Source of the DNA: an uncultured Candidatus Binatia bacterium
Lineage (GTDB): Bacteria > Desulfobacterota > Binatia > Bin18
NCBI GenBank assembly: GCA_965220195.1
Contig: CBDCPK010000002.1
Coordinates: 42,435 to 106,434, forward strand
DNA: 64,000 nt
Reading direction: 5' to 3'
Each line of letters starts with the position of its first letter. Positions within the stretch are counted from its first letter, which is position 1. Shown piece after piece: positions 18,629 to 26,900 of the stretch. The translations under genes were made by a program, and so were the position numbers. The notes beneath the pieces were generated by a model. That model was not told the origin of the DNA. It made no database searches and worked only from the letters and a program-made list of their open reading frames with translations.

Positions 18629-19520
18629 ATGACAGCAATGTCGGAGTGGAACCGCTATGCCTGCACCATTCCAAAGAGCGAGGGAAGCCGCGCGGACGGG
18701 CGCTCCCTGTCAACCGTCTATCATGTTGCCCATCTGCCTGAGGCACGGCGCCTCCTTGAGGATGGACGGCTACGAGCCGGCTTGGTCTCCGATGAGAGCA
18801 AGCTGAAGCGTTCCCGAACCTGTGTGACTTGGTTATCAGCCAATATATGGGCCCACGGATCGATTTACGGCAACGTGGAGTTCGCTTTTGATTGGACAAA
18901 GATCATCGAAAACCGACAGGTCTATTGGGTCGAAGCCATGCCCAACTACAGGCCCGCTGCCTATCGTTTCCTACTCACTGATCGCGATATGAGCGGATCG
19001 AAGTACGTCGTGCCGTACGATCCTGAAAAGGACAAGGGGCCACTGCGAAAGCGAGAGGACAAGTGGTACCGGAACGGTGAATACACGTCCGAGTTCATGC
19101 TCGAAGATGACGTTTTTCTCAGAGACTGTACGAACATGAGCACTATCTCCCATCACCCACGTTCCTGCGCTCTAAACGACCAGGGATGTCCGTACAAGGG
19201 GAAGAACTTGTCCGAAATGGCTGGCCGAGTGCTTGCATTCCTCCTCGCCTCCAATCTTCATACCGTCGATCATGCTCTTGAGATTCAGAGTGAGGTCATG
19301 GGTATCTTGGGGGCGCTCAGTGGCTATGGCAAGGGATGGGCTCAAGAACCCCGCCTCGGGGCAATCCGTCCTTCGCGGCGCGCTCGCCCTTTACGGCACC
19401 GAGCAAGTCCAAGCTGCAAAAGATTTGACTTTGCTGCTTCACGATCAGGAAGACCTTAAGAAAGCCCTCAACGAGATCATTAGAGAGCATTTTGGTCCTG
19501 ATAGCTACCAACTGCCTTGA
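18629..19520 (+). CDS. hypothetical protein, apparent frameshift near 19335
   Basis: Low-GC ORF with an RBS. The protein-like sequence continues in another frame after ALSGYGKG, as ...GQSVLRGALALYGTEQVQAAKDL...GPDSYQLP. Confidence 0.45.
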
Positions 19521-19547
19521 ATTAGGGGGGCAGCCACAGAGGTTATT

Positions 19548-19637
19548 GTCGGACACGAATCGACCCGGACGCCGCAGCTCTCCAGTCGGTTGTACAGCGA
19601 GGTGTCTCTTGGCGAAATCGAGCGGATACATATTTAA
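19548..19637 (+). repeat. third, diverged copy of the last ~90 bp of the integrase gene
   Basis: ggacacgaatcgacccggacgccgcagctc...atcgagcggatacatatttaa aligns with 18521-18607 and 48665-48751. Confidence 0.75.
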
Positions 19638-19681
19638 CGCGGGCCGGAGAGCCGCCCCCAGATAAGCAATGAGGAGAAACC

Positions 19682-20026
19682 ATGCTGATTAGTCCCGCCG
19701 GCTTCCTCATCCCGGATGCCGTGCTTCCCTACCCTCATGCATTGGAAATCTTGCAGAAGGGCCTCAACACAGACCAAACAGACCAAGTAGAGCGTTATAT
19801 CAATGAGTTGATCGACCAGGCTGGCGGGGAATTTATCACGTCGGAGTGGCTTCCACAGAACAACAACTGGCAGGGGACGCCCCTTCAGCTCATCAACGAT
19901 ATCGCGGCGAACGATGTTTCAGCCGGCCGGATGTTCGCGATGATGGTCTGGGTCACGGTCAGAAACCGGCCCGAGCGGTTTCATTTTAGAGGAGAGAGGG
20001 GGGGGGTATCCTCCTCGAACGCCTGA
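19682..20026 (+). CDS. hypothetical protein
   Basis: 114 aa. Strong RBS gaggagaaacc before the ATG. Located in the low-GC cargo region. Confidence 0.5.
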   Translation: MLISPAGFLIPDAVLPYPHALEILQKGLNTDQTDQVERYINELIDQAGGEFITSEWLPQNNNWQGTPLQLINDIAANDVSAGRMFAMMVWVTVRNRPERFHFRGERGGVSSSNA

Positions 20027-20100
20027 TCTATTCTCAACAAGAGACCTGAAACGAGGAAAATCCGTTGATGAAAGACGCCTCCTGCATTGCGTAGCCGATG

Positions 20101-20184
20101 GTAGCAAACAGAATCCCACGTCACGGGAAACGCCGCTCCGCTGTGCCGCGCTGCGGCCCGTGACTGCGGCGCCGCTTTTTTTGC
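20101..20184 (+). promoter_or_regulatory. leader element copy L3 (GTAGCAAAMAGAATCC box, long hairpin, U-run)
   Basis: Aligns with 48824-48904 and 21305-21378. The stem GTCACGGG/CCCGTGAC covaries with GTCAAGGG/CCCTGGAC in the other copies. Confidence 0.5.
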
Positions 20185-20239
20185 GGGGCGCGAGCGGAGC
20201 TGGCGCCGGTACTAACTGGAGATTTCACGAGGGAATAGG

Positions 20240-21184
20240 ATGACAGCAGAATTTCGCGTTGAGTACGATGGGCCTGGGTTGGTCGGGCACTCGATGGACA
20301 TACAGGTGCTCGGCCAATCGCTGATAGCGCTCGGCACCCTCTGTCGTGAGGCAAACAAGGTGTTGAATCCTGGGCGCGGGGTTGAGGTCAGGCTGGAACT
20401 GAAAGCCACGTCCCCGGGGTCGTTTGATCTTCTTTTACAGCTCAACGAAGTAGTACGGGGGCTTGCCCCGCTTGTTCCGCCACCGGATGTCCTGAAAGCA
20501 CTCGGGCTTCTCGGTGGAGGCGGTGGGCTTATTTGGCTGCTGAAGAAACAGATGGGGCGGAAGATTACGAATATTTCGGGGTTCAACAGAGAGTCCACGT
20601 CTCAGATGAAATTAAGCGTGAGGGGGAGAGGGAATATCCTATCTCCCTCAAACACGCAAATACCCATGCGTTTCGAGGGAGATAGTCGCCCCACCTTCGT
20701 CATAGGGAATGTGGTACATCTTCATAGGCATTTTCACGTGCGAAAGGCGCAACAGTCTTTTCTCGACCCTTTGAAAAAAGCGGGCATTGAGGAAATGCGC
20801 GTGGGAACCAAAGAGGGCGACACTACGGAAAATATCTCCAAGGAAGAGGTGGAGAAGGGATACTTCGAGGTACGCTCCGAGGAGATCAACACGGGGCTCC
20901 TGGGCCAACCAGTCTCAGAGGAGGAGGTCGTATTGCAGTTGCGTACCGCGGTGTTTGAGAAAGAGAAAAAATGGCGATTCTTTGATGAAAGAAGACGGAT
21001 CTCCGCGCTGATTACCGACAGCAAATTTTGGGACCGCGTATATCAGGGCAAGGAGCAGTTTGGGATAGGGGATCTCTTTCATGTGGTCTTGCAAACAACA
21101 CAAGGGCTATCTCGGAGTGGAAGGATACAAAACCAGTACGAGATTACCCACGTTCTGAACATAGAGCACCTTGGGGATGAGTGA
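20240..21184 (+). CDS. hypothetical protein (314 aa)
   Basis: Long low-GC ORF downstream of L3. No recognisable domain. Confidence 0.6.
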   Translation: MTAEFRVEYDGPGLVGHSMDIQVLGQSLIALGTLCREANKVLNPGRGVEVRLELKATSPGSFDLLLQLNEVVRGLAPLVPPPDVLKALGLLGGGGGLIWLLKKQMGRKITNISGFNRESTSQMKLSVRGRGNILSPSNTQIPMRFEGDSRPTFVIGNVVHLHRHFHVRKAQQSFLDPLKKAGIEEMRVGTKEGDTTENISKEEVEKGYFEVRSEEINTGLLGQPVSEEEVVLQLRTAVFEKEKKWRFFDERRRISALITDSKFWDRVYQGKEQFGIGDLFHVVLQTTQGLSRSGRIQNQYEITHVLNIEHLGDE

Positions 21185-21242
21185 TGGGGGCGATAGCCGG
21201 TGGCCTTCGGCCGTTTTTTACTCCCAGGTGGCGCGCGAGGGG

Positions 21243-21417
21243 GGGAAGGTGGCGGGCAAGGCCCCGCGCTCTTTTTTTCTGCCTTCCTGCCTGGCTCTTG
21301 CCAGCGTAGCAAAAAGAATCCACAGTCAAGGGTCAAATGCACGGCTTCGCCGCCCTGGACTGCGGAGCCGCTTTTTTGCTTTCCGGGTGCGCACATTTTG
21401 TCCGGAAGGAGGACGGT
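21243..21417 (+). promoter_or_regulatory. leader element copy L2, upstream of S5
   Basis: About 90% identical to 48762-48944, including the hairpin, the U-run and the stem covering the RBS. Confidence 0.55.
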
Positions 21418-21651
21418 ATGGACACTGAATTTTTACAGTTGGCGCGGGAAACGGCCGCCGCGCTGCAGGGGCCGAGCTGGGTAGAGATCGCCCAGCTTCT
21501 CGTCAGCGGCGTCGGCTTGGGCTGCATTGTCTGGGGGTTATTCCAGATGCAAGCGGCTGGCGAACGTCGCAACAAGGAAATTGACGTGCTGGGTAAGGCG
21601 CTCGAACGGCAGGGCGAAGTGTTAGCCGAGCTGTTACGCCGCACCGCCTAG
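21418..21651 (+). CDS. small single-pass membrane coiled-coil protein, family member S5
   Basis: 77 aa. TM helix SGVGLGCIVWGL, then ERRNKEID and the tail ALERQGEVLAELLRRTA. GGAGG RBS. Confidence 0.7.
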   Translation: MDTEFLQLARETAAALQGPSWVEIAQLLVSGVGLGCIVWGLFQMQAAGERRNKEIDVLGKALERQGEVLAELLRRTA

Positions 21652-21970
21652 CCCCTCCAATTCCCCAGCCGGGCGGGGCCACGCCCGGCACAGCCGGTTC
21701 CTGATGGACCCGCGCCCACCCGAGCGGGGCGCTTCGCAAGATCGCCAGGGGCGCTTCACCGTTTGCTTTCTCCAAGCACTTCCAATTTCTCCCGGAAGCA
21801 CCGTATGTTTTCTAGAACTTCTTGTCCTTCTGCTATGATCTCGTTGACAGTGGGCTCTTTCTCAAATGCCGATCTAGGGCGTGTCATCAGTTAGGGAGCC
21901 CTCCTAGTCGGCTTTTCGGTCTGGTCTCGGTATACTTCCCTGGTCTGCAAGAGGAAGGAGATCGTCCCCA

Positions 21971-22600
21971 ATGGCGAGACGGTATGCGTGACGCGAGGAT
22001 CAGTGGGAGCGGATTCAGGGGCTGTTGCCGGGCCGGGAGGGGCACGGAGGGGGCGCGGCGCGGGATAACCGGTTGTTTGTGGAAGCGGTCTTATACCGCT
22101 CTCGCGCGGGGATTCCCTGGCGCGATTTACCGCCCCGGTTTGGGGATTTTCGCGTGATCCATACGCGCCCCATGCGCTGGAGTAAGAGCGGGGTGTGGGA
22201 GCAGGTGTTTCGGCCTCTCGCCGCCGATGCGGATAACGCATAGGCCAGGATCGACGCCCCGATTATCCGCGTCCCCCCACATGGGGCGGGGGCAAAAGGG
22301 GGGACCCCGCCGCCGACGGCAGCGGCCGCTCCCGCGGGGGCTTGAGCACGAAACTCCCTGCGCCGAGCGATGCGCTCGGGAATCCGACTGGCTGCCATCT
22401 CACGCCCGGCCCCGCCGCCGACCTGGCCGGAGTGGAGGCCCTCTTGCCCCCGCGGCTGAAGCACCTGCACGCCTTGCTCGCCGATAAAGCCTCTGACGCT
22501 CAAGAGCGGGTCATTGAACGCGTAGAGCAGGCGGAGGTGACGGGGGTCATTCCCCCGAAAGCCCATCGGCGCCACCCTCGCCCGTCAGCACGCCGCGGCC
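21971..22600 (+). pseudogene. IS5-family (IS427-like) transposase pseudogene
   Basis: MARRYA, then an in-frame TGA, then QWERIQGLLPGREGHGGGAARDNRLFVEAVLYR..GIPWRDLP. Homology continues in another frame (ALGNPTGCHLTPG...LLADKA.DA). The 3' end is missing. Confidence 0.8.
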
Positions 22601-22965
22601 TCCAGGGAGGGACTTATATACGAGGGTTGACCGCCCGTATCTGGTTCTGGTTGTGATACCGCAGGCCAGAGCCCCCGCCCTCATCCGTGCAGATTGGCCG
22701 GGCAAAACCGCTCCCGGCTCCTTTGCATGGCTCCAGGTTGTCTGCTTTCTGGATGGTTCTTCCCCGTGGGGAAGTCCCCTCAACCTAAATATATAATCCC
22801 CTCCTGGGAAGGAGGGGGGCGATCACCGCCCATTGTTCATCTGGCCACTCTTCACGTCGTGCCACCATTCCCCCCGGAGCTTAATTGGGATATACTTCTT
22901 TCATATCAGAGGCTTATTGGCGGTTTTTGAGACCGCCTCTAGGGACAAACGGTAGGGAGCCGTGT

Positions 22966-23825
22966 TAGGCTCAGGACCTATAAATAATTATTTCTGTAGT
23001 GTATGGCGGTGTGTGCTGGCCGGCTAGTCCCTATTGGAACAGGAGTTTTGTCATGTCAGGCCCTCATCTTTGGCTCACCGAGGAACAATTCGCCCGCCTG
23101 CAGCCGCTTTTACCCAATAAGCCTCGGGGCGTCCCGCGGGTTGATGACCGGCGGGTGATCTCCGGGATCCTTCATGTGCTTCGCCACGGCTTGATGTGGC
23201 GCGATGCCCCCGTTTGCTATGGCCCGTACAAGACGCTCTACAACCGCTTCGTGCGCTGGAGCGAGGCGGGCGTGTTCGCCCACCTCTTCAGGGCGCTGGC
23301 CGCCGAGCGTGACGAGACCGGCATGGTCATGATTGACGCCACGCATATCCCCGCGCATCGCACGGCGGCCAGCCTCCAAAAAAAAGGGCACTTCCCCGCG
23401 CTATCGGCCGGACCCGTGGTGGCCTCACCTCCAAGCTCCACGCCGTCTGTGACGGAGAGGGTAAGCCCGTGAATTTCCTGCTCACTGCGGGCCAAGTCAG
23501 CGACATTCGGGGGGCCGAGCGCCTGCTACCGACGCTACCCGCGGCTGAGACCCTCATCGCGGATAAGGGCTACGACAGTGACCGGTTTCGGGCCGCCCTG
23601 ACGCGCCGGGCCATCCTCCCCTGCATCCCTGGACGCGTCCACCGCAAGAAACCGATTGCCTACGACCCAGCACTGTACAAGCACCGCAACCGTATTGAAC
23701 GCATGTTCGGGCGCCTCAAGGACTGGCGCCGCATCGCCACCCGCTATGACCGTTGCGCCCATACCTTCTTCAGTGCCATCTGCCTGGCAGCTACGGTCCT
23801 CTTCTGGTTATGAGTCCTGAGCCTA
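22966..23825 (+). mobile_element. IS5-family insertion sequence (IS427-like group), about 860 bp, apparently intact
   Basis: 12-bp terminal inverted repeats: taggctcaggac at 22966-22977 and gtcctgagccta at 23814-23825. Two overlapping transposase frames lie between them. Confidence 0.85.
23053..23813 (+). CDS. IS5-family DDE transposase, two frames joined by probable -1 frameshift at A8G (23378-23386)
   Basis: orfA reads MSGPHLWLTEEQFARLQPLLP.... The -1 frame continues IGRTRGGLTSKLHAVCDGEGKPVNFLLTAGQ...ADKGYDSD...RNRIERMFGRLKDWRRIATRYDR. Confidence 0.85.
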
Positions 23826-23965
23826 GTGAGCGAACGGCCCCCCGGACATGCGTCCGCGCGGGGTCCGGAAGCCGAGAGGAGAACACGGTGGCTGAGAGCG
23901 CTCGGGAGAGGGCGGACTGCCCCGTTCGTCCTGGTCAGCAGTTTCAGAGTGAGATACTACCAAAA

Positions 23966-26900
23966 ATGTCTACCCTCACGCTTATCCTCAAACGCTTCCG
24001 GCTTGCCCCATTCCTCCTTTGCGCCGGCATCAGTCTGGCGTTGAATCTGTGGCCGGCCCTGAGTCAGGCCCAGACCGTCACCCTCTCGGTAGACCCGTGC
24101 TTCGTGCACTATTCCAACCCCTCCAGTAATGTAACCGTCACTGCCGAGTTGAGTGCCCCTCGGACACAACAAGACACCGAGATTACCCTGAGCCTGGGCG
24201 GCACAGCGATGAAGGACACCCATTACACCACCGATTATACCACCGACAACCCCCTGCCGACTATCACCATTGACGCCGGGGAGACCAGCGGCAGTGTTAC
24301 GCTGTCTATTGGTCCGCCGGACGTGACTGACCAAGACCCCGAGACCATCGCCGTCAGGGGCCGTGCCCCCAGCGTGTCCGTCACTCCGGCCACCATCACC
24401 TTGGTCAAGGACGATGAGGCACAAGACCGGACCGTGCTAAAAGCCTTGTACCAGGCCACGAACGGGAGGGGGTGGACGACCAACACGAACTGGGGTTCCT
24501 CTGATGACCCCCTCGACACGTGGCATGGCGTGATCACCAACAACGCCGGGCGGGTGACCGAACTCGATCTCAAAAATAACCGACTGAGCGGGAGGCTTCC
24601 CCCCGTATGCGTATTGGGCAGCCTGCCCTTCCTTACCCTCGATCTCAGCCACAATAATCTCAGCGGGAACATCCCCAATGAGTTAGGCGACTTGGACAAC
24701 CTCACGGAGCTGCATCTCAATAATAACCGCCTCAGCGGGAACATCCCTGCCGAATTAGGCGACTTGGATGACCTCACGGAGCTGCATCTCAATAATAACC
24801 GCCTCAGCGGGAACATCCCTGCCGAATTAGGCGACTTGGACGATCTTACCGCCCTCAATCTCAGCCACAACAATCTCAGCGGGCCCATCCCCGATGAGTT
24901 AGGTAGCTTGAGCCGCCTCACGGAGCTGCATCTTAATAATAATCGCCTCAGCGGATTCATCCCGGCCGAGTTAGGCGTCTTGGACGATCTTACCGCCCTC
25001 AATCTCAGCCACAACAATCTCAGCGGGCCCATCCCCGATGAGTTAGGCGACTTGGATAACCTCACGGAGCTGCATCTCAATAATAACCGCCTCAGCGGGA
25101 ACATCCCTGCCGAATTAGGCGACTTGGACGATCTTACCGCCCTCAATCTCAGCCACAACAATCTCAGCGGGCCCATCCCCGCCGAGTTAGGTAGCTTGAG
25201 CCGCCTCACGGAGCTGCATCTCAATAATAACCGCCTCAGCGGGCCCATCCCCCCCGAGTTAAGTAACCTGGACGACCGCGTTGTGTTGACGCTTGACTCC
25301 GATACGGGCCTGTGCGAGCAGGTGCCAGAGGTGCAGGCACTGAAGAATAAGTTGATTGTCTGGGGCATCACCCTGCCCTTATGTGGACCCCGGGAGGACG
25401 AGGCCAGACTGCGAGCCTTGTACCGGGCCACAAACGGGACGGAGTGGGCGACAAGCACGAACTGGAACACCTCCGCCGCCCTCAACACGTGGGATGGCGT
25501 GACCACCAACAACGCCGGGCGGGTGACCGAACTCGATCTCAGCAACAACAACCTCAGCGGGAACATCCCCCCCGAGTTGAGCGACCTGACCGAGCTCCAC
25601 ACTCTGGACCTCAGCAACAACAACCTCGGCGGGCGTATCCCCCCCGAGTTAGACAAATTGTCCGATCTCCGGGTTCTCCGGCTTGACGGGAATCGATTGC
25701 GCGGCCCGTTGCCCGATAGCCTGCTCACCCTCGATGCGTTGACGCTTGACACCGATACGGGCCTGTGCCAAGCGGCGGCACAGGCGGAGCGGTTGCGACG
25801 CTTGGGCATCACCCTGCCCCCATGTGGGGACGGGGAGACCGGGGGGGACCGGGCCGTGCTGCAGGCCTTGTACCGGGCCACAAACGGGACGGAGTGGGAG
25901 GACCCGGACGGGGTGCCGAGGAACCAGAACTGGACCACGCCCGCCACCCTCAACACGTGGTATGGCGTGACCACCAACGACGTCGGGCGGGTGACCGCCC
26001 TGCATCTCGACAACAACAACCTCCACGGATTCATCCCCCCCGAGTTGGGCGACCTGGCCAGCCTCCGGATTCTGGACCTCAGCGACAACAACCTCAGCGG
26101 GCTCATCCCCCCCGAGTTGGGCGACCTGCCCGACCTCCAGGTTCTCCGGCTTGACGGGAATCGATTGCGCGGCCCGTTGCCCGATAGCCTGCTCACCCTC
26201 GATGCGTTGACGCTTGACACCGATACGGGCCTGTGCCAGATGGTTGCACAGGTGGAGCGGTTGCGACGATTGGGCATCACCCTGCCCCTATGCGGGCCCC
26301 AGGGTGCCGAGAGGGACTGGGCTGTGCTGCAAGCCTTGTACCAGGCCACGAACGGGACGGGGTGGGCGGCAAACATAAACTGGAACACCTCCGCCGCCCT
26401 CAACACGTGGCATGGTGTGACCACCAACAGCGCCGGGCGGGTGACCGCTCTGCATCTCGACAACAACGGCCTCAGCGGACTCATCCCTGCCGAGTTGAGC
26501 GACCTGACCGATCTCACATATCTCAATCTCAGCAACAACACCCTCAGCGGGCGCATCCCACCCGAGTTGAGCGACCTGACCGATCTCACATATCTCAATC
26601 TCAGCAACAACACCCTCAGCGGGCGCATCCCACCCGAGTTGGGCGACCTGACCAGCCTCCAGGTTCTGGATCTCAGCAGCAACGACCTCAGCGGGCGCAT
26701 CCCTGCCGAGTTAGGCGATCTGCCCGACCTCCAGGCTCTCTATCTCGCCGGGAATCGATTGCGCGGCGCGTTGCCCGATAGTCTGCTCAACCTCGGTACG
26801 TTGACACTTGACGGCGACGATATGGACCTGTGCCGGACGGCGACACAGGCGGAGTGGTTGCGACGATTGGGTATCACCCTGCCCCCCTGTGGGGCCGGGG

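Noticed and set aside
21652-21760. Integron-like interpretation: hairpins after S5/S6 (also 49200-49290) as attC sites next to a tyrosine recombinase
   Set aside because: The putative R''/R' cores (GCACAAC / GTTTAGC) each mismatch the consensus. The arms are not a balanced imperfect palindrome. The integrase is co-oriented with the cassettes rather than divergent. No IntI-specific features were recognisable by eye.
12484-26644. Regularly spaced repeats (54-bp array at 12484-12838; 72-bp periodicity at 24650-26700) as possible CRISPR arrays
   Set aside because: Both are in-frame coding repeats (coiled-coil units and LRRs). The units are contiguous with no unique spacers, and no cas genes are nearby.
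24235-26700. 821-aa antisense ORF opposite the LRR gene, and other large antisense ORFs (34797..36095, 39836..41356, 5073..6341, 45215..46216, 45885..47102)
   Set aside because: Each lies opposite a gene with strong family motifs (LRR, TBDR, adaptor, CpaF, Kef). Their composition is Arg/Pro/Gly-biased junk, so they are shadow frames.
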